Shown one piece after another: positions 9,679 to 19,675 of a stretch of DNA of 55,890 bases. Origin of the DNA: an uncultured Anaeroplasmataceae bacterium (GTDB lineage: Bacteria; Bacillota_I; Bacilli_A; Acholeplasmatales; Anaeroplasmataceae); assembly GCA_948701955.1 (NCBI GenBank), contig CAPSSR010000002.1, positions 1 to 55,890 of the forward strand, in the 5' to 3' direction. Both the position numbers and the translations under genes were made by a program. The number at the start of each line of letters is the position of its first letter. Position 1 is the first letter of the stretch. Below the pieces are notes generated by a model that was given only the letters and a program-made list of their open reading frames with translations, did no database searches and was not told the DNA's origin.

Positions 9679-11403
9679 TTATGTTGATATCGTGGCAGGA
9701 TTTAGCTGGTCTAAGTAATTAACTTTATAATTTCCACCTTCCAAGAATGTAACCTTCAACTCCGTATCAGATATATATTCATATTGGGCTTCTGATTCTT
9801 TGAAGTGTCTCCAAGATCCAACTAAGTCTGCAATTTCCCTAATATTATCCAAAATCGTTTTGCCATTTGGGCCATTTTGGGTGATGCATGCGGCAAACCG
9901 AATGGTCTTAGCCTTATAATTATTCCAATCTTCTAGTGGGATTGTAGCAAACTGAGATAAACTCCATCCATTGTTCATAAACTCCTGCTTGTTATGGATG
10001 TCGATATTGTCCCAACTACCAAAGTTATAAGTTTGCCATGTTTTTCCATTATCTTTGGACATTGCAAATTTTACATCAAGATTTTCTACATTGTGGGTGG
10101 AAGTGATGCTTTTGATGAGAGAAATGTCTGAGATGCTTACATCCTGTATTTGCTCTAAAAGTGCCCCATTGACATGTCCCGATATGCTTATTGTTTCTTT
10201 CGGTTCTTTGGACATGACAAGAAAACATGCATCATCTAAAAGTCCAATCCTATTATTTATAACAACATTGCCATAGTCTTTATAGGTATCTTCATCTGGC
10301 ATGCTTTGTGAACCAATTAATTGCCATTTATTTGTAAATGTAGGTCTTATAGAACCGTCAATACATTCAGAACCGTCAAAATATTTATATCCCTCATTAT
10401 CTTTTGCTAGGATATATTTATTTTCATCTCTACCTAACTCTAATTCAACAAATCCGTATGCAGTCCATGGATTTGTAAGGTTCCTTCCTGAATCAGCCTC
10501 AACAGACGCATATCCTCTTGACACTTCTTCACAAAGACTGGGATTTATATATGAAGTGCCACCTGCACCTCCTTTACTATTGCCCAAAGCATTTCCGCCT
10601 GAATAACCAGCCCCAGCACCTCCACCATCATATGGACATCCGCCGCCGCCCCATCCCCCATAGTGAACGGCATGTTGTGCACCTGTCGGTGAAGAACCAG
10701 ACAGCAGACTATATGATGCACAAGGACCATTTCCTTTTGCTCCATTCCCAGTAAGACCGGCACCTCCAGAACCGCCAGAAGCAGAGCCGCCATTTGTATT
10801 AGTACCATTTGTCACAACAGCGTCTCCACCATAATAAGCAGAGCCAAAAGATGAATCAAAACATCCTCCACCTCCACCTGCAACAAATAGAACATCAACT
10901 TTTCTGTTAAGTGGGGAAAAGGTGTAAGTACCTGATGGATTGTCCTTCAAAACGACAGATGCTCCACCTCCACCAGAACCCCAGTCTCCGCCATTATTAC
11001 ACCAGCCACGCATACCAACAAGAATGTATAAAATATCTCCCTTTTTAAGTTTTGATATTCCGACAATCTTTGCCCCTCGCCCCGGTCTGTTCCCGCTACC
11101 AGAGACTGCCCCGGTGATAGGATTTATTGTATATCCTGATTTGCCAGTTGCCCCTCCAGCAGCGCCTCGTACTATAAATTTGACCTTCCCAGAAGAGGGA
11201 ACTAAATATTTCTGCCATCCGTAACCTATTCCAGTTACTCTTCCGGCCAAATTAACATCATTAGCATAACAACTATTTATATGATTCACTATATTCGCAG
11301 GTGTTTGAACGCTTATGTATCCATAACTGGAAGGAGTTGCTGCACCAAGGCCATTATATTCTCCACCAACAGCGCAGGATTTAAATTGCAAAATCTTTCC
11401 CAT
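9679..11403 (-). CDS. glycine-rich tail fibre protein
   Basis: 574 aa with long G-rich tracts (GGGGASVV, GGGGGCFDSS, GGWGGGGCPYDGGGAGAGYSGG) in central third. Confidence 0.5.
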   Translation of the reverse strand: MGKILQFKSCAVGGEYNGLGAATPSSYGYISVQTPANIVNHINSCYANDVNLAGRVTGIGYGWQKYLVPSSGKVKFIVRGAAGGATGKSGYTINPITGAVSGSGNRPGRGAKIVGISKLKKGDILYILVGMRGWCNNGGDWGSGGGGASVVLKDNPSGTYTFSPLNRKVDVLFVAGGGGGCFDSSFGSAYYGGDAVVTNGTNTNGGSASGGSGGAGLTGNGAKGNGPCASYSLLSGSSPTGAQHAVHYGGWGGGGCPYDGGGAGAGYSGGNALGNSKGGAGGTSYINPSLCEEVSRGYASVEADSGRNLTNPWTAYGFVELELGRDENKYILAKDNEGYKYFDGSECIDGSIRPTFTNKWQLIGSQSMPDEDTYKDYGNVVINNRIGLLDDACFLVMSKEPKETISISGHVNGALLEQIQDVSISDISLIKSITSTHNVENLDVKFAMSKDNGKTWQTYNFGSWDNIDIHNKQEFMNNGWSLSQFATIPLEDWNNYKAKTIRFAACITQNGPNGKTILDNIREIADLVGSWRHFKESEAQYEYISDTELKVTFLEGGNYKVNYLDQLNPATIST

Positions 11404-11414
11404 TTTTCTCCTCC

Positions 11415-14400
11415 CTAACCTATGTTGTCTATATCTTTATAATCATCTAAATTAACATCTACATGAGAATAATAAAAGTTGGATACAGTATCTAAATCAG
11501 TCTCTTTTTCTTTTATTGAAATGGTCAGTTTACTTGATGCAGAAATATCTAGTAAATCTTCATTATAGCTGAACATGGATGGATTGCTTACAGTAATAAT
11601 CTCTTTTTCCTGATCCTTCAATCCCTCAATTTCTCTTAAGATCTCAACAGGCATAAAAGCAAAGTATTGATTTGGCGTAACTGTTATCATATATTTTGAA
11701 CCTTTGACAACAGAAAAATATTCAGATTGTAAGATGCTCATATCTCCAACGACAGGAGCTGCTTCCTGTGTGCCACGTCCCAAAATCTGATATGAACCAT
11801 CCAGCCATACAGAAATAGAAGGGTGGTTCCGAACTCGTGAATCTTCATAAATTACATATAAGGTATTAGATTCGCCAGTGACAGGTAATAGATTTTCATT
11901 TACTAAAAATAACACTTTTACGCCAATCTCTATCCCGTCATAAGTGAAATTTCCTGAAGCAGACTGTCCAATCTTATCTAACACTGTTTTATTTGTATGG
12001 TTATGTGCGACTGTTACGGTATTATCAATGGTAAGTGGGGTAGAAGCGGGCTTCCCTTGTAAATTTCCCCAATTGAATTGTATCGATATTTTATTTGCAT
12101 CTAATAGGTTCCACTTTGATCCATCCCATAAATATTGATCACAAACTACAGGGATAACGCCAGCAGCACTTACTTGGACATAGCCTATATTACCAATTTG
12201 GTTCCCAGTTGATGGCAAATCAGATATATTCGTGACATAATAAGCCTTGTTCATTCCGTCCCATCTATCTTTGTCGTCTTGAGTGACATGAACAACAGTA
12301 TCCGATATATGGTTATCATAAGGCGCTAAACCCGAAACATCCACTTTCGCATTCCATGCATCCTTTTCAGACTGGGTGGTATGCTTTACGCTATCTATGA
12401 TATGAGCATCTAAATCTGTTCGCAGCCCATTTTCAATACCCTTGGATCTAGTGGCTTCAGCATTTACTAAGGAAGTTGCTGCATTTAAGGTATCGGTATC
12501 TTTTGCGTCAATTTCTGTTTTAGAATATGTATCTGTTAATGCATCAGGCAGATTTGCAGTTGGTACTTTACCGTTTGCATCTAATGGAGCATATCCATTA
12601 GCTTGTCCTTTGTTTGATATGTCCTCTGGAGCATATCCAATTGTAGCAAGGATATCGGATGAAGTGATGCCCTTACTATAGAACTCTTTCAAACCACCTA
12701 ATGATGTGATACCATCACCGATAACTAATATTTCCCTATTTGAATCCCATATAAGCTCATTTTTCTTCGGAATAAATGTATTATCAGTTAAATCACTTTT
12801 TTCTTTAACAGTTATTTCAATAAGATTCCCATCTACCGAATCAAATACTTCCCATTGCCCCTCGGAACTACCGATATCCCTTTTCCTAAAATATAATCTG
12901 CCATCCTCATTTGTCTCAGGAAATGTAAAAGTTCCTTGAGGGATTGGATTTATGTCCCAAGTAAATCCGTTGTATAAACCAATACCTGCTTGTCCAGGCG
13001 CAGTAGTAGTACAATTTGTAATAAGTACCCAATTGCCCCTAACAGCGAGAGTTGGCAAATCTTCCGCAGTGTCTGTTTTGACAGATCCTAAGCATTCTGG
13101 TACATCAACATCCTCTCGTGTTAATCTAGCCAGATTCCCGCTGTCCTTATCAAATTGAAATGAGTCTTTTATTGTAGGCAGAGCAGAGTCGGATATGAAA
13201 TCATTTAGTGCCCTTGCCAATATATCATCTAAATATATAAGGTTATCAGTCTCATAACTTTCACCTTGCCTATATTCTTTGATGACAGCGTTCTTTTTGT
13301 TCTGTGGTAATTCAAACCATTGTTTTCCATTGGCAACATGGAATACTGCTTCAGCATCAATAGAAGCTCCAACACCATTTGCATTTGTTATAATCTCAGA
13401 AGTTGCGTTTACTGAAAGAATTTCTCCGCTAGAGCCAACAGATGACACCACAACATTTACATCTGGTAATGATGTTGGAATAATTTCTCCAACACTGAAT
13501 CCTGTCCCTGGCAGAACTATTTTATAACTATAGTTGTTTGGAGCCAGAGGCATAAATTCCATTTCCCTACTATTAACTGTTTTTGCCTTGATTTGATTTA
13601 AATTGATATCGATTTCTTTGATTAATGCCAGTGTGCCAAGAGGCCCATATACTGCCTCATTTATGCACATATTACGAATGTCTTCACCATTTTCAAAGAC
13701 TATATCAGAAGCATTTAAGATATTTATAGCATCAATCTGTTTGTTCATGTCCTTAGAGGTCTTATATAGCTTGAATTTATAGCTTTCAGCCATTTCTCTT
13801 AAATTGCCATTTTTGATATCTATATTGATAGATTCTTCGATAGTGCTTCCAGTGTTGTCAGAAATATAGTCTTGTAATACTCTACCAATACGTCCATCTG
13901 CAAAAACCAACTTGTCTTTTGAAAAAAATGTATTCTGTTTGTATGGTTTGATTCCAGGTTCTGCCTCTTTATTTACAACCAGAAGATTACCAATAGTAAT
14001 ATCCTTTTCAAAAGAATCACTAACTGTGTCTCCGACATCTGAACTTGCTACGAAATCGTTCATTGCCCTTGCTAACAAATCTCCATTATATACCAATGTA
14101 TCCTTTAGATACATGTTGCTTTGGGCATACATATTCATAATATGGACATGATCTGCATTGATTAAATTAATATGGAGATTTTTGATATCGTCTTCAAATG
14201 ATTCTGTAATTGAAAATCCAGATGTATTATCAGAAGTGAAATCTTGTTCTACCCTTGCAATCTTATCTCCAAGATAAACAAGGGAATCTTTTTTATAATT
14301 TGTATCTTGATTATATTCTCGCACTAAGAAATTTCCAGCGCTGCCTTGATTAAATTCTCTCCATTTTCCAAGAGATGAATCTACTGGGTTATTGGAGTTA

Positions 14401-14558
14401 AATTTGTAATATTTATCATCGTTCTTTATATAAACTAAAATCCCATCATATATGATTGATTCTGGCATACTTACCATATCTGATAGAGTATCACATACAA
14501 GACGGGAATCCAGCGGTTTTTTGCCTTTGTAAGTAAAGGAGTCCGCTAATAGAATCAA
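11415..14558 (-). CDS. large tail fibre / receptor-binding protein with internal repeats
   Basis: 1047 aa; four repeats of Y-x-KD-x-LVY-x-GD-x-IARV-x-QDF-x-SD; fibre-type motif GYAPLDANGKVPTANLP and repeated KD-W segments. Confidence 0.6.
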   Translation of the reverse strand: MILLADSFTYKGKKPLDSRLVCDTLSDMVSMPESIIYDGILVYIKNDDKYYKFNSNNPVDSSLGKWREFNQGSAGNFLVREYNQDTNYKKDSLVYLGDKIARVEQDFTSDNTSGFSITESFEDDIKNLHINLINADHVHIMNMYAQSNMYLKDTLVYNGDLLARAMNDFVASSDVGDTVSDSFEKDITIGNLLVVNKEAEPGIKPYKQNTFFSKDKLVFADGRIGRVLQDYISDNTGSTIEESINIDIKNGNLREMAESYKFKLYKTSKDMNKQIDAINILNASDIVFENGEDIRNMCINEAVYGPLGTLALIKEIDINLNQIKAKTVNSREMEFMPLAPNNYSYKIVLPGTGFSVGEIIPTSLPDVNVVVSSVGSSGEILSVNATSEIITNANGVGASIDAEAVFHVANGKQWFELPQNKKNAVIKEYRQGESYETDNLIYLDDILARALNDFISDSALPTIKDSFQFDKDSGNLARLTREDVDVPECLGSVKTDTAEDLPTLAVRGNWVLITNCTTTAPGQAGIGLYNGFTWDINPIPQGTFTFPETNEDGRLYFRKRDIGSSEGQWEVFDSVDGNLIEITVKEKSDLTDNTFIPKKNELIWDSNREILVIGDGITSLGGLKEFYSKGITSSDILATIGYAPEDISNKGQANGYAPLDANGKVPTANLPDALTDTYSKTEIDAKDTDTLNAATSLVNAEATRSKGIENGLRTDLDAHIIDSVKHTTQSEKDAWNAKVDVSGLAPYDNHISDTVVHVTQDDKDRWDGMNKAYYVTNISDLPSTGNQIGNIGYVQVSAAGVIPVVCDQYLWDGSKWNLLDANKISIQFNWGNLQGKPASTPLTIDNTVTVAHNHTNKTVLDKIGQSASGNFTYDGIEIGVKVLFLVNENLLPVTGESNTLYVIYEDSRVRNHPSISVWLDGSYQILGRGTQEAAPVVGDMSILQSEYFSVVKGSKYMITVTPNQYFAFMPVEILREIEGLKDQEKEIITVSNPSMFSYNEDLLDISASSKLTISIKEKETDLDTVSNFYYSHVDVNLDDYKDIDNIG

Positions 14559-14573
14559 AATATCAACTCCTTC

Positions 14574-15389
14574 CTATCCATATATTTGCTTGAAGCCAGA
14601 ACCTGTAACAGAATCGGCCAAAAAATAGACATAATATGGGACAATATCTCCATTTATTGGACTTGTTAAGTTTACAGTTACTTTGGTATATCCCTCTAAT
14701 TGGCTGAACCCATTTCCATCTTTTATGCTTGTTAACAAACCAAATGAAGAAGGATACATATAACAGAATCGTTCATCATCAAGTATAATGTTTTCCCAAG
14801 TTAAGGATTTTGTATTTTTGATAGATTTAATAAATAAAGCAGCAAGAGAAGATGCTTCTACATCAGAGATAGAAGATAGGGTAGTGGCACCATAATATGA
14901 AGCATATACAAAAGTAAAGCTTCCACTCCCAGAAACTTTTTGGTCTGTATTATATACCAATTCTGCTTTTGCTGACGTGTTTTCTGATATTTCATTCGAA
15001 TATATATATTGATAATTTTGTTGTTCTTGAATGAATGTTTGTGAATTAACCAAAGAATTATTTACATAGAACCTAACCTCATTGATTGGAACAGTAACAG
15101 AATTAAGATTTGTGATACATAGATTCATAATAATTCCATTCACTGTAGTACCGACCTCTTTTAATCCGACTCCGCTAAATGAAGTAGAAATTGTTGGGGT
15201 GATATCTTTCCGAAGAAGCTTCTCAGCAAATTCTGTAAATGTCTGTCCTTCTTTAAATAAAGTTCCTGATGGGGCGGCGCCACAAACGACATTAGATATA
15301 ATATCTTTTTCAAGGAAAATATTTCCACCTTTACCAATCAATTTAAGGACATCCTCACCTAACTGTTTCAGACTTATCTTAGTCGCCAT
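14574..15389 (-). CDS. structural protein, tail fibre cluster
   Basis: 271 aa; position in fibre operon. Confidence 0.4.
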   Translation of the reverse strand: MATKISLKQLGEDVLKLIGKGGNIFLEKDIISNVVCGAAPSGTLFKEGQTFTEFAEKLLRKDITPTISTSFSGVGLKEVGTTVNGIIMNLCITNLNSVTVPINEVRFYVNNSLVNSQTFIQEQQNYQYIYSNEISENTSAKAELVYNTDQKVSGSGSFTFVYASYYGATTLSSISDVEASSLAALFIKSIKNTKSLTWENIILDDERFCYMYPSSFGLLTSIKDGNGFSQLEGYTKVTVNLTSPINGDIVPYYVYFLADSVTGSGFKQIYG

Positions 15390-16131
15390 CCGTGCCTCCT
15401 TCTGCGAACATTAAATCTATATCGCTATTTTCGGCATATATTATAGGCCCACATTCACAATTCCCATCTCCAGAAGAGCCTCCGCCAGATGAATTTACTG
15501 CTTCTAAATATGTCAAAGTACAAGATTCATAATTTTCATAAACATCATTGAAAATAATCTGGTTTGGAGAAACGGTGCGACTTATTGAATAATCTTCGCT
15601 TTCTGTGTAATAAATACCATTTACATACACATTATAGGAAATGTCATCTAATGGCAAATCAAATGTATCCGATGTTCCATCAAACTCTATAGAATAAGTT
15701 TTTAGCTTTGCTAGTATTTGTGTAGCATCAGAACTAATTTTTTGATATTTTGTACCATCCCAGTAATATGTGGCCTTTTCATTTTTAGCGATATATAGTG
15801 TATTTTCATCACCTAATGAAGGGAATTGTAAAGATGTATCTTCTTGAACAATACTTCCGCCACTTCCGTCTAGTTCACCACTATCAATCGTACTTCCATC
15901 AGACATTGTAAATATTAGATGCTTTTTGTTATCAGTTATTTTTTTGATTTCTATATTGATAACAGAAACACCATCTTTCCCATCTGCTGGTGTAGGAAAT
16001 GTCATAGGAACTTTTGTGCCATCATTCATTTCAAATGTGATAGTAGTTCCAGAAACAGTTGCTCCACGAACTCCACTTATGAGTCCGCGAACTCTTTTAT
16101 TTAATATCGCATATACTTGTAATGCAGTCAT
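15379..16131 (-). CDS. structural protein, tail fibre cluster
   Basis: 250 aa; Gly/Ser-rich C-terminus with DIDLMFAEG motif. Confidence 0.4.
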   Translation of the reverse strand: MTALQVYAILNKRVRGLISGVRGATVSGTTITFEMNDGTKVPMTFPTPADGKDGVSVINIEIKKITDNKKHLIFTMSDGSTIDSGELDGSGGSIVQEDTSLQFPSLGDENTLYIAKNEKATYYWDGTKYQKISSDATQILAKLKTYSIEFDGTSDTFDLPLDDISYNVYVNGIYYTESEDYSISRTVSPNQIIFNDVYENYESCTLTYLEAVNSSGGGSSGDGNCECGPIIYAENSDIDLMFAEGGTDGD

Positions 16132-16147
16132 TAATCAAACACCTCCA

Positions 16148-16378
16148 TTATACCTCACACCAAATTCCGTCAGAATTCAGCATGAATAATTGGCTTGTAG
16201 AAATAATGAATGCAGAACTGCCAGTAGAGCAGCAATCATTATCCACTGTATTTTTGGGATGTGTCCCTTTTTTTGTTTGTGTTGGGAGCAGAACCACATC
16301 ATCTGGTGTATCTAATGTGTACTCTCGTAGTTGGCTGGAATTCGATTTCCCAGCAATTCCTGTTAATGTAAACATTTT
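16148..16378 (-). CDS. small hypothetical protein
   Basis: Internal ATG of ORF 16148-16525, preceded by strong RBS agtgagga. Confidence 0.3.
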   Translation of the reverse strand, partial: KMFTLTGIAGKSNSSQLREYTLDTPDDVVLLPTQTKKGTHPKNTVDNDCCSTGSSAFIISTSQLFMLNSDGIWCEV

Positions 16379-16624
16379 ATTATCCTCACTTTCTTTTAAT
16401 AAGTCGATTTTTATATGATAAAACCGACTTATTTCAAAAGCCGGCAAATAAATGCTTTGTAAATTTGAACACCGAAATGAGGTGTCGATCCCCATACGAT
16501 TCAACATCGTACACACTGTTTTCAAGACAGGTTCAGAAGCCGTTCTGATTATTTCGGTAAACCTATACCTTATAGATTATTTTTATTATGATAGGAGAAC
16601 AGTATTGTGCTGTCCTCTATTATT

Positions 16625-16921
16625 TTAATGTGAAGTTTCCCAAACCAAATCTACGCCATACTGTAAATTATCAATGAATCTTAATTCACTGAGATTGTAA
16701 GTTCTCAGCAATTCAGTACATTTTTCTTCAAATTTATCTCGGCTTTCTTCTTCATAGATCACATTTTCAAACTGACCAGTTGGAGTGTAAACAATTTTAT
16801 CAATTAAGTTGCCAGAATCATCCTCAACCTTTTCTACAGTTTCATGCATAATCTCTTTCTTTACCTGTAAAAAAGAAAAATGACCATTATTTTTCTTGTC
16901 CTGAATTAATATAGAATACAT
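16625..16921 (-). CDS. hypothetical protein
   Basis: 98-aa ORF, acidic. Confidence 0.45.
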   Translation of the reverse strand: MYSILIQDKKNNGHFSFLQVKKEIMHETVEKVEDDSGNLIDKIVYTPTGQFENVIYEEESRDKFEEKCTELLRTYNLSELRFIDNLQYGVDLVWETSH

Positions 16922-16933
16922 GATAAGTACCTC

Positions 16934-17395
16934 CTACAATGTCTGTTCAATAGTTTCTTCAAAACTGTTGACATGGCTCCTGGCTATTTCCAGAAGTTCC
17001 TTAATTCTTGCAATCACTTTTGTTTCAAAAAGAATTGTTTTGGCCTGAGCAAGTACATGTTTATCTGTAAAGACAGTACCATCAAGTTCTGAGTCAAGAA
17101 TTTTCTTTGCGTCAATAGAAAGAGATACTTCAAAATTCTCGTCTAGCATAAATTCTTTATTATTCAAATCCAAATTAACTTCAACTGCATTTGCCTCAGT
17201 GGAAACAACAGGAAGTCCATCTGACACAATAAATTTATCTTTAAATTCAATGTCTGCATATCTTAGTAACTGCGGAGTGTCTTCTAACATTGCAAGCTCA
17301 TTTTCAGCCGTTACGGAGGCGGTTCCCCACTCGGACGGTTTAATAACTGTTGTATATGTGTCGCTTTCAATACTTCTAATAGGTAAGATTTTCAT
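16934..17395 (-). CDS. hypothetical protein
   Basis: 153-aa ORF, start coupled to upstream gene. Confidence 0.45.
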   Translation of the reverse strand: MKILPIRSIESDTYTTVIKPSEWGTASVTAENELAMLEDTPQLLRYADIEFKDKFIVSDGLPVVSTEANAVEVNLDLNNKEFMLDENFEVSLSIDAKKILDSELDGTVFTDKHVLAQAKTILFETKVIARIKELLEIARSHVNSFEETIEQTL

Positions 17396-17685
17396 TATAC
17401 ATTCTCCTCACTTTCTTCGTCTTCTAATTCATTATATAAATCTCTGAATATGATATAAATATCTCGAATTACCCTTTTAGATAGAGCGCAATTTAAATCT
17501 TGATATTTGAAATCCGTATTATCCATTAATAAATCAACTTTATTTGTTGTTCTATTTACATTAAATTGAGCAATGGTAGCAGAAGAAAATAATAATTCAG
17601 CTTGTTCTAGTTTTCTTCCACCATTACTTCGAATTGTTCTCACTTCTCCTAATTTTAAAGTTCTATCAATATCATAATTTGTCAT
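17395..17685 (-). CDS. hypothetical protein
   Basis: 96-aa ORF. Confidence 0.45.
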   Translation of the reverse strand: MTNYDIDRTLKLGEVRTIRSNGGRKLEQAELLFSSATIAQFNVNRTTNKVDLLMDNTDFKYQDLNCALSKRVIRDIYIIFRDLYNELEDEESEENV

Positions 17686-17724
17686 TTATTCACCAACTTT
17701 CTTTAATATTTTCGGTTCCAATAA

Positions 17725-17805
17725 TGGATGTCTCTGGACTCGAACCAGAAATGCCGAAGCCACAGATTTACAGTCTGCTGCGATTCCAATTCCGCTCACA
17801 CATCC
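17725..17805 (-). tRNA. tRNA-Tyr (anticodon GTA), class II with long variable arm
   Basis: Acceptor GGATGTG/GACATCC (one mismatch), 3-bp D-stem, anticodon loop CTGTAAA, variable arm GGCTTCGGCATT, T-arm TCTGG-TTCGAGT-CCAGA. Confidence 0.75.
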
Positions 17806-18017
17806 ATTAAAATAGGAGAGTATTGATAACTCTCCTGAAATATTCTGTCTTTCCAGAATGTTAAACTGCATAGCAGTTATTCGCTAATTTATAAAAGCCA
17901 TCATTATCAAAAGTGGCTTTCAACCATAATCAATGTTGTTATTTCCAAACAAAAATCATCATTAACGCAGATGAGTACGAACCTCTTAGCTTATAACAAC
18001 TTACTTAATTATGACTT

Positions 18018-18527
18018 TTATTTATGCCCTTTATGTATAAGCTTTTCACCATTCTTTATAGCTTCTTGAATATTTTCATTATTTAATAGTGCAAAATCAA
18101 TTAACATATATGCTTCTCTATATGCCAAAGAGGTTTTATATGGATTTACTATATATGTTATAATAGATGAAAAGAAAGATACGATAGAATAAAAAAGAAT
18201 TTTTCCCTTTCCCGCATCTACCATACTTACATATATAACGATGCTTGTGCTTAAAAAGGTTGAAAGAACAATAAAATAATGAATAGCTAACCATGTTATA
18301 CTGGAACGTAGCCATATTTTCCTTCTATAATAAGCATCTTTTAAAATAGTATCATCTATATTATTTTTAGCATTTATAAAAATTTTTCCGCTAATACAAT
18401 TAACCCATAATGTTGCAGTAAAAAAGAATATAATAGCAAAAATAAATATTCCATCATAAACTTTAATATTTTGTAAAACCTTCATACGTATATCACATCC
18501 TTGTGTATTTATATTATAATTATACAC
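18018..18527 (-). CDS. hypothetical multi-pass membrane protein
   Basis: 169 aa with four hydrophobic helices. Confidence 0.5.
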   Translation of the reverse strand: MYNYNINTQGCDIRMKVLQNIKVYDGIFIFAIIFFFTATLWVNCISGKIFINAKNNIDDTILKDAYYRRKIWLRSSITWLAIHYFIVLSTFLSTSIVIYVSMVDAGKGKILFYSIVSFFSSIITYIVNPYKTSLAYREAYMLIDFALLNNENIQEAIKNGEKLIHKGHK

Positions 18528-18592
18528 TAGACTATGATATAAATAAATACATTTAACATAAAAATATTGCTTTAAAATTGGAGATTTATTGG

Positions 18593-19627
18593 TTAGATGA
18601 ATGCCTCATCAGATTCATCATCTTCATCTTTTTTGATTATGTAATGATTCTTGGTTGTAGAAACATCATTATGCCCTAATAATTTTTGAGCAACCTCTGC
18701 TGATTTATGCTCATACACAACAATATTGGTCGCTCTGCTTTCACGGAATAGGTGAGGATGTACTCTGCGTCCTACAATTTTTGTAAACAATCCTTGGCAC
18801 CACCCGTTAAAAGTATCTTCTCCAACCTGGCGAGTAGTTCCATCTTTCTGCTTAATTACAAACATAAAAGGACAGTCATCATCACCACGAATTTCTAACC
18901 ATTTTTTCAGCCAACACATAGCATCTTCGCCAAATTTTAATTTTCTCTGTTTGCCAACAATAGAAGCACCTTTACACCGGATCGTATGAGTTTGATACGA
19001 TTTAGATACTGCTTCTTGTTCATTTCCATCTTCATCAATTATCTTGATTTTCTTTTCTTTTGGTTCATAGTCTACAACTTCTTTGAGAAGTTGTCTTGCT
19101 TCTGCACGTCTACAGCCAGTGGAATAAGAAAAGACTAAGTAAGCTAATTTTTGCCATTCCTCACGTTTTTCTAATTCTTCACAAAGCATTACATACTCAT
19201 CTGGTGTAAGAGGAACTTTCTCATGCACATATCCTGTCTTAACTACTTTTAATCCAACTGTAAAATTACGAAATGTGGGATATTCGTCTTCATACATCAT
19301 CATTATATAATTACAAAATGAACTGACGCTTGATTTTTTGAATTTAATAGCTGAATCAGATAATCCTCTATTTGTAATCCAGTTTAAATATCTTACATAT
19401 TCTTTCTTCTTTATATCAAGAAAACTTTTATTATTAAGATTCTGCTTAACCCAGTAGAAAAATATCCGCAATCCTGATTTGTAAGCTATTTTTGTTTTTA
19501 TGGATAAATCGGTTTGGTTATCCAAATATTCCTGAACCATGTTTCTATTGAATTCAAGAACTTCAGACCACATTTTATCGGTTATATCATCACTACGTTT
19601 TGCATTCTTGCCATCCACATTTATCAC
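18593..19627 (-). CDS. int: tyrosine recombinase / phage integrase
   Basis: 344 aa; catalytic signature GCRRAEARQL ... HPHLFRESRATNIV ... LLGHNDVSTTKNHYI (R-HxxR-Y); SAM-like N-terminal domain. Confidence 0.85.
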   Translation of the reverse strand: MINVDGKNAKRSDDITDKMWSEVLEFNRNMVQEYLDNQTDLSIKTKIAYKSGLRIFFYWVKQNLNNKSFLDIKKKEYVRYLNWITNRGLSDSAIKFKKSSVSSFCNYIMMMYEDEYPTFRNFTVGLKVVKTGYVHEKVPLTPDEYVMLCEELEKREEWQKLAYLVFSYSTGCRRAEARQLLKEVVDYEPKEKKIKIIDEDGNEQEAVSKSYQTHTIRCKGASIVGKQRKLKFGEDAMCWLKKWLEIRGDDDCPFMFVIKQKDGTTRQVGEDTFNGWCQGLFTKIVGRRVHPHLFRESRATNIVVYEHKSAEVAQKLLGHNDVSTTKNHYIIKKDEDDESDEAFI

Positions 19628-19675
19628 TTCCTTTCATACACGTAAAAAGGAAGTAACTATGGACAAGTTGCTTCC

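Noticed and set aside
16440-16530. T-loop-like GGTGTCGATCCCC suggesting another tRNA
   Set aside because: No TTC at positions 54-56; no acceptor or anticodon arm could be folded on either strand.
17686-17871. 61-aa ORF on minus strand
   Set aside because: Completely overlaps the tRNA-Tyr gene; the tRNA fold is much better supported.
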